Source of the DNA: a virus
Taxonomy: Duplodnaviria; Caudoviricetes
Virus record (IMG/VR): IMGVR_UViG_3300018080_000032
Span: 1-50,973 of that record
Length of the DNA stretch: 50,973 nt
Strand: one strand, 5' to 3'
Both the position numbers and the translations under genes were made by a program. Below the pieces are notes generated by a model that saw nothing but the letters and a program-made list of their open reading frames with translations, was not told the origin of the DNA and made no database searches. Shown piece after piece: positions 35,711 to 43,891 of this stretch (positions within the stretch are counted from its first letter, which is position 1; every line of letters starts with the position of its first letter).

Positions 35711-36099
35711 CGCTCCGGCTCCATCTCCGCCAGGTGCTCCCAGATCTCGTCGTAGAGCGCCGGCGATTCGAGATGCTTCTGCAGCACGTCGTCCGGCACC
35801 GGGCCGTCGAGCGACCGAGCGCTCAGCAGGTCGAGCGTCGGATACTCCTCCGGCGCTGCCCGGTCGTTGGGGTACATCCGCGCCGGGCGGTAGCGTCCGC
35901 TGATGCAGTACTCGACCTCGACCTCAAACTGCTCGCCGTCGTGGTCGAGTGGACCGACATAGGTGGATGCCGCGACCGGGGAGGTGCGGCGGGGGAAGAC
36001 GGGCTGCGCCGATTCGGGTTCCGCTGTTACCTGATTGAGACCTTGACGCGTATCAGCCCTTCGGTAGAATGTGAGGTGCTCGGGTGTGAGTGTTGACAA
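35707..36099 (-). CDS. Hypothetical protein, first gene of the early operon
   Basis: Strong AAGGAGGAG RBS; exact start uncertain (TTG near 36093-36099). Confidence 0.6.
   Translation of the reverse strand: MSTLTPEHLTFYRRADTRQGLNQVTAEPESAQPVFPRRTSPVAASTYVGPLDHDGEQFEVEVEYCISGRYRPARMYPNDRAAPEEYPTLDLLSARSLDGPVPDDVLQKHLESPALYDEIWEHLAEMEPER
36043..36070 (+). promoter_or_regulatory. Sigma70-type antisense promoter
   Basis: TTGACG-16 nt-TAGAAT. Confidence 0.65.
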
Positions 36100-36172
36100 G
36101 ACGCTCCTCCTTGAGCTTCTGTCGGGGGCTTCGGATCGAGTTTGGCGACTTTGCCCGAAGCCCTCTTTGCTT
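36077..36172 (+). ncRNA. Putative cis-antisense sRNA over the RBS and start of 35707..36099
   Basis: Lies between the + strand promoter and the GGGCTTCGG/CCGAAGCCC hairpin plus T-rich tail; contains anti-SD CTCCTCCTT. Confidence 0.55.
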
Positions 36173-36188
36173 GTTAGATCACGGCATC

Positions 36189-36220
36189 ATTGTACCACGG
36201 ACTATGGCGTCTGACATAGT
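36189..36220 (-). promoter_or_regulatory. Early leftward promoter with overlapping palindromic operator
   Basis: ATGTCA-17 nt-TACAAT with TG extension; ACTATG-N8-CATAGT at 36201-36220. Confidence 0.65.
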
Positions 36221-36226
36221 AACATA

Positions 36227-36481
36227 CTAATTGGCTGCTGTGCGCCGTTTCCTGGCGGCAACGCGACCAGCGTCGGTGAGCATGACCCCGCGTGCCGTCT
36301 CGGCCCATAATGTGACATGGCCCTTGCGCTCCAGTTGCTCCAAATGCCATCGCGCCGACGTGTATGAGCGCCCGACTGCCTCGCCAATCTCGCGATGTGT
36401 CGGCGGCAACTCACCCGCCTCTTCGCGTCTCAGAAGCTCGACCAGGATCGCCAGCCGAACTGCGTCTCCCTTGTCTGTCAC
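36227..36481 (-). CDS. Second LexA-type DNA-binding-domain protein (Cro/repressor candidate)
   Basis: PPTHREIGEAVGRSYTSARWHLEQLERKG...ARGVML; GTG start after an AGGAGGAG RBS. Confidence 0.85.
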   Translation of the reverse strand: MTDKGDAVRLAILVELLRREEAGELPPTHREIGEAVGRSYTSARWHLEQLERKGHVTLWAETARGVMLTDAGRVAARKRRTAAN

Positions 36482-36525
36482 GGCTCCTCCTCTCGGAGCC
36501 GCGATTGTAGCAGCCGAAGAAGTCA

Positions 36526-36561
36526 TTGCGCTAGACCTCCGATCGTGGTAGGCTCGATCGG
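36526..36561 (+). promoter_or_regulatory. Rightward promoter with an inverted repeat around the -10
   Basis: TTGCGC-17 nt-TAGGCT with TG extension; CCGATCG...CGATCGG flanks the -10. Confidence 0.55.
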
Positions 36562-36579
36562 CCTGAAAGGAGAAAGCGC

Positions 36580-37206
36580 ATGCGCAAAGTACGCAACTAC
36601 GGCCTTGGTTGTCTTGGTCTCTTGGTGGTCGCCTTCGTTGCCTTGATGGTCCTGATGCCGAGCCCTGATGAAGAGCCGGAGGCAACGCCAGTTCCCACGA
36701 GCCTTGATGTCGAGGATGTGATTGACGCTACCAAGGAGGCAAGGGCTGAGCTTCCAACATCGACGCCTGCTCCAACGGTCCCCCAGAACACCGAGGCGGG
36801 ACTGCGCACCGCGCTGTCGAAGGAACTCGGGAAGGGCAATCGCGACGCTCGGAGGCTGGAGAGCGTGACAGTTGAGTCCAACGAGGCCACTGGCACGGTG
36901 GTCACAATCCGCTGGGCCATCAACGATAACCTGACCGAGGGCATGATCCGCACTGGCGCTCGGTCCGATGCCTTCGACATACTCGGGGTAGTTGCCAGCG
37001 CCGGCTTCGACGACTTGGCTCAAGTCGACCTCGAGGGCACGTTCTCCATGCTGGATCAGTACGGCAACGCGAGCGAAGACGTCGTTGTCGACACGTCCTA
37101 TACCGGCGAGACGGTTGCGAGAATCAACTACGACAACATCCTCGTCCAGGACTCCATCTTCGAGATTGCCGATGGCGGAACGGTGCACCCGCTGTTCCGG
37201 GAGTAG
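36580..37206 (+). CDS. Membrane-anchored extracytoplasmic protein (moron; possible superinfection exclusion)
   Basis: N-terminal TM, Pro/Thr linker and globular domain; own promoter and AAGGAG RBS; opposite strand to neighbours. Confidence 0.75.
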   Translation: MRKVRNYGLGCLGLLVVAFVALMVLMPSPDEEPEATPVPTSLDVEDVIDATKEARAELPTSTPAPTVPQNTEAGLRTALSKELGKGNRDARRLESVTVESNEATGTVVTIRWAINDNLTEGMIRTGARSDAFDILGVVASAGFDDLAQVDLEGTFSMLDQYGNASEDVVVDTSYTGETVARINYDNILVQDSIFEIADGGTVHPLFRE

Positions 37207-37208
37207 CC

Positions 37209-37613
37209 TCACACCGCCACCTCCGCCCGCGGCTCGATCGCAGTCACAATTTGCTCAATATACCCGGCCGGGTCGCTCGATAGCATGTCGCTGGTGATCT
37301 CGATCACGATCCAGCCGAGCATCTGAGCCGCGTTCATCTTCTCCCGATCATCCCGGAAGCCAGCGCCGCGCGTGTGGCGGCCTCGCGCATACGTCGCGCC
37401 GTGGAGCTCGACAGCAACGCGACTCGGCACGTGTGCGAAGTCCAGTCGCCAATCCTTCAGCCCCGCCTCGCATAGCCGCTTTCGGATACCAGGGCCGAGG
37501 CCGACGTGGTGTGCTGCGAAGCGGTACTCGCGCTCGAGCTCGACGCCGTTGCCGAGCTGTCGCCAGCGCGTGGCGAAGGAGCGCTCGAGAGGGGAGGGGT
37601 TGGAGAGGGTCAC
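37209..37613 (-). CDS. Vsr/DUF559-like endonuclease
   Basis: EREYRF...WRLDFA...VAVELHG...GRH...DREKMNAAQMLGW. Confidence 0.8.
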   Translation of the reverse strand: MTLSNPSPLERSFATRWRQLGNGVELEREYRFAAHHVGLGPGIRKRLCEAGLKDWRLDFAHVPSRVAVELHGATYARGRHTRGAGFRDDREKMNAAQMLGWIVIEITSDMLSSDPAGYIEQIVTAIEPRAEVAV

Positions 37614-38398
37614 TCGGCAGCCTCCTCCTCTGCATCGTCAGATAGTAAGCCGTGCCTTCGTAGCGCCGCGGAGAGCTCGATGAACCCCGGCTCGTTCGCC
37701 CGAGCCCTGGCGTGCGCCAAGAAGAAGCTGTGGTGCTGTGCCCACGCGCTGTGCGCCTTGTAGTCAAGTCCGACAACATAGTCATCTGGGCCCACATACT
37801 CCAGGAGCTCTGAGTATGATGCGCAGTACTCGTCAACGGCCGCGAGGGTGGACGCATGGCTGCAGTGATCGTTGGCAAACGCTTCAGCCACCTTCCTGGA
37901 TGACTCTAGAGCTTCAGTGATCACGTACTTGCGGAGCAGTCGACTGAGGGGCAGGTGCGGCATGTATGGCGTTGCCCAGCCGTCCAAGTTGTCGCAAGCG
38001 TCCTTCAGGCTCAATAGCGCCTGGTTGTAGGCGGGGGCCATGAGTTCTAGCGCGTGCCTCAGATGCAGCTTCGCCTCCAGCGAAGAGCCCGTCCGGTACA
38101 CGGCAACGCCGAACAGCGCGAGCCCGGCAGCGAGACTCCACTGCCATGGGTTACCCAGGGGCAGGTCCGCGATAGGTATCTGCGGCAGGTCGGTGGCGTG
38201 CTCCAGTATGAACTCCGCTGTGTCCATCACTTCTACTGCCTGCCACAATCGCGGTACCACTGCGGACGCAACCGCAACGGCGAGTCCGAGACGTCCGTCG
38301 CGTCGGCGCAGTGCCTGAGCGGCGCCGAGCCGTGCCTTCGTTGTCCAGTCCATGCGGCGAATCCTCCTTGTGGACTCGCCATGGTACCAGACGCCCAC
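37610..38398 (-). CDS. Hypothetical membrane protein (start possibly near 38353)
   Basis: Two hydrophobic segments followed by a helical domain. Confidence 0.55.
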   Translation of the reverse strand: MGVWYHGESTRRIRRMDWTTKARLGAAQALRRRDGRLGLAVAVASAVVPRLWQAVEVMDTAEFILEHATDLPQIPIADLPLGNPWQWSLAAGLALFGVAVYRTGSSLEAKLHLRHALELMAPAYNQALLSLKDACDNLDGWATPYMPHLPLSRLLRKYVITEALESSRKVAEAFANDHCSHASTLAAVDEYCASYSELLEYVGPDDYVVGLDYKAHSAWAQHHSFFLAHARARANEPGFIELSAALRRHGLLSDDAEEEAAE

Positions 38399-38401
38399 CC
38401 A

Positions 38402-38920
38402 TTAGGTAGCGGCACGACAGCCTTCCCACCCAAAGAACTTGCTCGCCCACTCGAAGTCGCAGCATGCTCGCGCCGCCGCCTCGGAGTCCGTGTGCATATC
38501 TCCGACGAACAGCGTCTCTCGCGGACTCACTCCATACGCCCCCATAATCGACAGCAGCATCCCGGGCTTCGGCTTCCGGCACGCGCAGTGCGATCGCGGC
38601 CCGTGCGGGCAGATCCGGATCCCGAGCGCAGAGTTGTGAACAAGGCCGTTGCCCCGCTCCCATCCGAAGGCCTGCTCGGCCAGATCGCGCAGTAGGCCGA
38701 GAGCAATCGGAGCAGTCAAGTAGCCAAGAGCGATCCCGGCCTGGTTGCTGGCGATGCCGAGGTGGCAGTCGAGGTCCGCAATCCTCTCTCGGACTCCAGG
38801 GATCAGCTCCCACTCACCGGCCCGGTTAGGACACGGCTGACCCTCCACCGTGCACCGCCGGAGCGTGCCGTCAGCGTCGAAGATGATTAGGTGGTATTTG
38901 GATACGTGCTTACTGGGCAA
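38402..38920 (-). CDS. HAD-IIIA phosphatase (GmhB / polynucleotide 3'-phosphatase-like)
   Basis: FDADGTL, ASNQAG, ICPH, CACRKPKPGM and FVGD motifs. Confidence 0.9.
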   Translation of the reverse strand: MPSKHVSKYHLIIFDADGTLRRCTVEGQPCPNRAGEWELIPGVRERIADLDCHLGIASNQAGIALGYLTAPIALGLLRDLAEQAFGWERGNGLVHNSALGIRICPHGPRSHCACRKPKPGMLLSIMGAYGVSPRETLFVGDMHTDSEAAARACCDFEWASKFFGWEGCRAAT

Positions 38921-39062
38921 GTGCGTCGATTACCTCCCAGATCTCACACGTGTCCTATAGTCACGCTTCCTTCCTGAAGGTCGGCCCAATTGGGGTCGGC
39001 CTTCGTCGTTGGAGGTGCCTGGTGTGGACACGCGCGTTGACAATATACTGAGTGTCGCCTCG

Positions 39063-39995
39063 CTAGTCAAGAGCTTTCTCCATCGCGCCAGCCGCCAGGG
39101 CTTGCGTCTTGCGGTCGACGTGGCTGTAAATGCTCATCGTGTGAGCCATCGTGGAGTGGCCCAGCGTCTGCTGGATGACTCGCGGATGCACGCCCTGCTC
39201 GACCAACAAGGTGGCGCAGGTGTGGCGCAGGTCGTGGAACCTCCGGTTCTTCAATCCGGCCCCCTTGAGCTGGCGCTGGAACTCCCGCTGGACAGTCGAT
39301 CGATGCAGCGGCCGGCCGAGCCGAGTGGTGAAGACCAGGTCGCTATCGTGCCAGTTCTTGGTGCCAACCTGCAGCCTCCTCCTCGACTGAGCTTCCCACC
39401 TTCGAGCCAGTGCTTCCGCGGCGAGCTCAGGCATCCGGAGCGACCGGACACTATCCTGCGTCTTCAGCGGCACCAGCATGAACTCGTGGTCAATGATTTG
39501 AAGCTGCTGACGAATGTGCAACGTCCGCGTGCTGAAGTCGACGTCCGACCACTTGAGGCCAAGGAGCTCTGCCTGGCGCAATCCCATCGTGATTGCCACG
39601 ACGTAGAGCGCCTCGTACCAGTCGCCGGCGACGTGCTCGAAGAACGTGTGAACCTCCGACGACGACAGCGGCATGCCCTTCTTCGGAACCACCCGCGGCA
39701 GATCCACTGCGTCGGCCGCGTTGGTCATCACGAGGCCCCAGGCGATCGCGCGCCTGAGCGCAATCCTGAGCGTGCTGCGGATCTTGCCGACCGTGCCGGG
39801 CTTCAGGCCCTCGGCGAGCATCTGAGCGATGAATCGCTGCACCTGGTAGGGCGTGAGCTCGTCGATCGGAATCTCCCCGAGAGCAGGCACGATGTGTACT
39901 CTCACGTGTGACTCGTGGATCGACCAGGTCTTCCAGCGGCGGTTCGGTTTCACTGCCACGTCGAGCCACTCGGCCAGGTACTCCTCGAGCGTCAT
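39063..39995 (-). CDS. int: Tyrosine integrase
   Basis: GLRQAELLGL, PLKT, FHDLRHT, LGHS and TMSIYSHV give the R-K-H-R-H-Y set; ATG 39995 is coupled to the upstream gene. Confidence 0.93.
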   Translation of the reverse strand: MTLEEYLAEWLDVAVKPNRRWKTWSIHESHVRVHIVPALGEIPIDELTPYQVQRFIAQMLAEGLKPGTVGKIRSTLRIALRRAIAWGLVMTNAADAVDLPRVVPKKGMPLSSSEVHTFFEHVAGDWYEALYVVAITMGLRQAELLGLKWSDVDFSTRTLHIRQQLQIIDHEFMLVPLKTQDSVRSLRMPELAAEALARRWEAQSRRRLQVGTKNWHDSDLVFTTRLGRPLHRSTVQREFQRQLKGAGLKNRRFHDLRHTCATLLVEQGVHPRVIQQTLGHSTMAHTMSIYSHVDRKTQALAAGAMEKALD

Positions 39996-40363
39996 GGCTC
40001 CCACCTTCGGCCCTGGCCGGGAGTCCAGGGCGTTGCAGCCTTGTATTCCCCCCAGGCCTGGGCGACGCACATCCAGTAGACGACCGTGTGGGTCCATTGA
40101 TCGGTTCGCAGGAGCACCATGTAGGGTAGGCGCCCCTGGTCGCGCAGCACCTTCACTCGACCGCGACCGATCATCATGTGCTCGCCCGCCGTCGTGCTCC
40201 CGACGGCTAGCTGAGAGATGTCGATCGACGGCAACAGCCGGGCCTGCAGCGCCGCGTTGACATCGCTCAGCCCCTGATCCAGGAGCTGCTGCTGCAGGAT
40301 CTCGCGGGCTCGGTCTCGGAGTGGGTCCGGCAGCGCGGACCACCTCCACGTTTCTTCCGTCAC
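39992..40363 (-). CDS. Hypothetical protein coupled to the integrase
   Basis: AGGAGGAG RBS and ATGA overlap with int. Confidence 0.6.
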   Translation of the reverse strand: MTEETWRWSALPDPLRDRAREILQQQLLDQGLSDVNAALQARLLPSIDISQLAVGSTTAGEHMMIGRGRVKVLRDQGRLPYMVLLRTDQWTHTVVYWMCVAQAWGEYKAATPWTPGQGRRWEP

Positions 40364-40624
40364 GGCTCCTCCTGTCGGTTACGGGGGCTGCAGTATCCTC
40401 CGCGGATGAGGGGAGCGAACGTGACAGTCTGGTTACAGGCGCATCGCTTTCGGCAGGGGGCCGATTTGTTGCGGCTCTCGAGCGGAGCGATGTATCATGC
40501 GAGGCTGCCGCCGGAGCTGGACGATCCAGCGGCATGGCCTCGGGGTGGTCACTCACCACGGGGCCTTCTCCTTTGGGTTGATGTGAAGACGGATCGAGCC
40601 TGGCGACTCGGAGCTACCTCATAG

Positions 40625-40643
40625 ATGATAGCACAGACGTTCT
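40625..40643 (-). promoter_or_regulatory. SOS-box-like site overlapping an extended -10, facing the integrase operon
   Basis: AGAAC-GTCT-GTGC-TATCAT; one mismatch to GAAC-N4-GTTC. Confidence 0.5.
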
Positions 40644-40670
40644 AAGACCGGGGGCGGATACGGCCAGTTG

Positions 40671-40690
40671 TTGTCCACCGGCTATCCACA
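40671..40690 (+). promoter_or_regulatory. Two tandem DnaA-box-like 9-mers
   Basis: TTGTCCACC and CTATCCACA compared with consensus TTATCCACA. Confidence 0.4.
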
Positions 40691-40724
40691 GCGCTGGTTT
40701 GATGTGCTGCGTATCCTAGACGAC

Positions 40725-40895
40725 AGGCGTCCCCGCTTGCCTGGCGTTTGCCATGCGACTTCTCAACGCAAATGGGATCCGGCCGGTTCCCAAGCCTCAC
40801 ACCCGTGCGATCCGGAGGGTTGGCGACTGCACGTTACCGCGAACGGTGCCTCATCGCCAGGGGGTAGGCGCCAGGATTGGGACAGGGGAGCGCCT
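40725..40895 (+). ncRNA. Orphan structured RNA (~170 nt)
   Basis: Ends pair (AGGCG-TCCCC / GGGGA-G-CGCCT; CCTGGCGTTTGCC / GGTAGGCGCCAGG with G-U pairs); TATCCT lies 7 nt upstream. Confidence 0.55.
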
Positions 40896-42329
40896 CTACA
40901 CGCCCAGCTTCCCTTGCTCGCCCTCCGTCCTCTTCGCCTTTGGGGCTTTCTTGAATGTCACGTCGACGCCGGCGCGGGGGTAGTCGACCCCGTGCCCCTC
41001 GAGGAGCTCCTCGACCGTGAGTAGTTGAATCCGGTGGTGCTTGCTCCCGAGCGGCGACTCATAGAACCCGGCGCTCGCGGCCTCGGCGCGCATGTGAGAA
41101 GTCGGCTCTTGCATCGAGATCAGGACGCCGATCTGTGCCTTGACGCGGTCGATCGTCCCGACGAGATCGCGGACGTGAGCGGACCCGGTGTGCCCCGCCT
41201 TGACCGAGAAGATGATCTGCTTAGTTGCGCCTCTAGGGTCGTCGTGGAAGTAGAGCCGCCCGTCGATCCCCTTATCGGCCCCCTTCTTCTCTTCGGTGGG
41301 GCGCGCCCCGACAAGACCGAGCGACCACCACTGGAACTGGAAGGGGTCTTGCGCCGCAAGCGCCTCGGCGTCGGAGAGTGCGGTCGGTTCGCCTACAACC
41401 TGGTAGTCAAGCTCGTCACCAAAGGCATCCTGTAGTCGAGTTCGCATCAGCCCAATGGCTAGGTGCGTGATGTCGATGCCGATCCACCTTCGTCCAAGGC
41501 GCTGGGCGACTGCCAGCGTGGTTCCGCAGCCGCAGAAAGGATCGAGTACCAAGTCGCCCTCGTCGCTACTGGCGCTGATGACTCTCTCTAGCAATGCCTC
41601 CGGCTTCTGGGTCGGATAGCCAAGCCTCTCTTTGGATACGCTGCTGATGATGCTTATCTCCCACCAGTCGGGCATGATGGCGCCCTTCGGGTTGAAGTCG
41701 ACTCTCTTGCCGTACTGCATTTGGTACGGGCCCCGTTCGTCCTCTTTGATCCCGGCCATGACGTAAGGGACGTGTTGCGGAGCAAAGTCGAACTCCTGGG
41801 TCTTGCTGTAGAACAGCAGCACGTCGTGTTTGCGGCCGAACCTGCGTTTGGTAGCTCCACCAGAGCGGTAGCACCAGACGATCTCATTCTGGAACTGTCG
41901 AGCACCGAACGTACTGTCCATCAGGACTTTCAGGTAGTGACTCGCCGTCGGGTCACAGTGGAGGTAGACGCTCCCGGTGGGCTTCAGGACGCGCCGCAGC
42001 TCGATCAGGCGCGGCGCCATCATCGCGAGGTAGGCGAGCATGTCGTTGTCGCCCAGTAGGATTCGGAAGGCGCGCATCGCCTCCGCAACCTGGCCGCCGG
42101 ACTCGACTACCTCGAAGTAAGACTCGGCTGCGGCTTCATCCCAGTGCCAGAAGTCGTCGAACGCCTCGATCTGCGCGGCGGCGTCGGTGCCGTCCTTCTC
42201 TTTGAACAAGACGTTGTAGGTAGCCTGCGAGTTGAACGGCGGGTCGAGGTAGATTAGGTCGACCGACTCGTCGTCGATGTACCGCTTCAGGATGTCGAGG
42301 TTGTCGCCGTAATAGAGGGTGTTGGGCAT
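40896..42329 (-). CDS. Beta-class N6A/N4C DNA methyltransferase with C-terminal Mrr-like domain
   Basis: YLDPPF precedes YPTQKP and DPFCGCGT; C-terminal DKGIDG...SVKAG. Confidence 0.92.
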   Translation of the reverse strand: MPNTLYYGDNLDILKRYIDDESVDLIYLDPPFNSQATYNVLFKEKDGTDAAAQIEAFDDFWHWDEAAAESYFEVVESGGQVAEAMRAFRILLGDNDMLAYLAMMAPRLIELRRVLKPTGSVYLHCDPTASHYLKVLMDSTFGARQFQNEIVWCYRSGGATKRRFGRKHDVLLFYSKTQEFDFAPQHVPYVMAGIKEDERGPYQMQYGKRVDFNPKGAIMPDWWEISIISSVSKERLGYPTQKPEALLERVISASSDEGDLVLDPFCGCGTTLAVAQRLGRRWIGIDITHLAIGLMRTRLQDAFGDELDYQVVGEPTALSDAEALAAQDPFQFQWWSLGLVGARPTEEKKGADKGIDGRLYFHDDPRGATKQIIFSVKAGHTGSAHVRDLVGTIDRVKAQIGVLISMQEPTSHMRAEAASAGFYESPLGSKHHRIQLLTVEELLEGHGVDYPRAGVDVTFKKAPKAKRTEGEQGKLGV

Positions 42330-42470
42330 CGGAGCCTCCTCGCCGCAGTGTAGCACGGGCAACGCCCTGGGCAAGGCAATCTGGCCGTATCCCCGTGAGA
42401 CCGCTGGCGTCAATCCTACTGTGACGCCGCGCCCCTGCCCATGGGGCTTGAAGTACCGGAGGAGTGATTC

Positions 42471-43040
42471 ATGCGTGCCCCACGCCTACTTGTCCTGTCG
42501 AGCATCCTTGTGGCGCTGGTCTGCGCCGTCGGATGGCCCGTGCTGACCGCTCACGCTGTGGTCGTCGGTGGCAGCGCTGGCGTTGCGGTTGGCGACGAGA
42601 CCGCTGTCGGCGTCGGTGTAGCCGGCAGGGCAACGGTCGGGGTCGGCGGCGGAGTCGAGGTCGCCTGGAGCGGGTGATCACCGACGGTGACGCCGATGCT
42701 ACCTCCCACGTCGACGCCTATGCAGCCGGCGACTCCAACAGTAACAGCCATTCCACCGCCGACCATGTCACCAGTCCCGACCCCGGTTCCGACTGCGACC
42801 CTGATCCCCGGATTCACACCGAAGGTCGACCCTTCGATATCCGGAAAGGTGCCGTCAGCGGCGGTCAGCTATGCGCTCGCCAATCCGGCCAAGGTCCGGG
42901 GATGGGGGCTGCTACTGAACCCTGCAGTCCCGTTCCATCCGTTGTACAATCCCCACAGAACATGCCTGACGCTGACGAACCCCGGGGTGCCCTACGCACC
43001 GGTCTTCAACGACCTGGTGTTCAAGGCGGGGTGTCCGTAG
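42471..43040 (+). pseudogene. Secreted Pro/Thr-rich protein gene interrupted by an internal inversion and an in-frame TGA
   Basis: Signal peptide, then 42551-42677 encodes a Pro/Thr linker only on the minus strand, TGA at 42675-42677, then in-frame Pro/Thr linker and a C-terminal domain ending KAGCP. Confidence 0.65.
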
Positions 43041-43139
43041 GCTAAGCGGACTGCAAAACTGACAGCGTCTAGCAGACAGCTGGAGCCCGTCGTGCGCCGC
43101 GGCGGGCTTCGGCCTGCAGATCGATGCGGAGAGAGGGAA

Positions 43140-43418
43140 GTGGACGAGGTCGAACGACTCTCGGACGTGCTGAGCGACCTGCGCAGCGCGATCGAGGAGG
43201 CGGTGCTTAGCCGGTACCAGACTGTGCCGGATCACGAGCCCAGTACGATACAGACCACCCCGGGGGTCTCGACGAAGGCCTACAAGAAGCTGATGGCCCT
43301 CATCCCGACACTGAGGTGGGACGAGCGGATCACGCTCCTGCAGATAGTCGACAGCCCACGGTCACCGGTCGAGAAGCTGGCGGCACTTGAGGGGTGGCTT
43401 CGGGAGAGCGGGTACTAG
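43140..43418 (+). CDS. Hypothetical protein
   Basis: GTG after a GAGAGG RBS; helical composition. Confidence 0.55.
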   Translation: MDEVERLSDVLSDLRSAIEEAVLSRYQTVPDHEPSTIQTTPGVSTKAYKKLMALIPTLRWDERITLLQIVDSPRSPVEKLAALEGWLRESGY

Positions 43419-43489
43419 GGGCGGAAAGGCGACTCGCGCCGCTAGCTCCCCCGTGGCATCATGCGCTCCTCGCACTCGAGGAGGAGCAC

Positions 43490-43732
43490 GTGGAGCACAA
43501 GAGCAGGCGGTTCAAGATAGTCTACGCCGACGGCAAGGAAGAAGAGATCGAGGCGGAGACCTCCGATTTTCGCGGGGACCTGCTGGTCTTCTTCCAATGG
43601 GTACGGCGTCAAGCGGGACAGTATGAAGACCTCAGTCCGTGCACGGTTCTCGAGCCATCGGTCCTAACTACTCGACGGGCGAAGGACATCAGCAGCATCG
43701 ACGACGTGACGGACCCAACTATCCGCTACTGA
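43490..43732 (+). CDS. Hypothetical protein
   Basis: GTG after a GAGGAGGAG RBS; FKIVYADGKEEEIEA. Confidence 0.55.
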   Translation: MEHKSRRFKIVYADGKEEEIEAETSDFRGDLLVFFQWVRRQAGQYEDLSPCTVLEPSVLTTRRAKDISSIDDVTDPTIRY

Positions 43733-43845
43733 CACCCACACCCCCGCCGAGGAGGCCCCGAACAGCCGCTCGGGCGATTTGCGCTCGCCTGAGTAGTCTA
43801 CTACCCCCTACGCACGTCGGCGCTTAGATCTCCCCCGACAAGCTA

Positions 43846-43869
43846 GGGCCCCGACTCTCGCCGGGGCCC
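43846..43869. terminator. Hairpin between convergent transcription units
   Basis: GGGCCCCG-actctcgc-CGGGGCCC. Confidence 0.55.
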
Positions 43870-43891
43870 TCTGCATTGGTTGGACCAGACC

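Noticed and set aside
39996-40559. 188-aa N-terminal extension of the integrase (ORF track 39063..40559)
   Set aside because: Low-complexity Arg/Pro/Ala sequence overlapping a better-supported gene in another frame that is ATGA-coupled to 39995. An SD does precede 40559, so it is not fully excluded.
42675-42677. TGA recoding (alternative genetic code or selenocysteine)
   Set aside because: TGA is used as a stop throughout the genome with many ATGA/GTGA overlaps; the codon lies in a low-complexity linker at an inversion junction.
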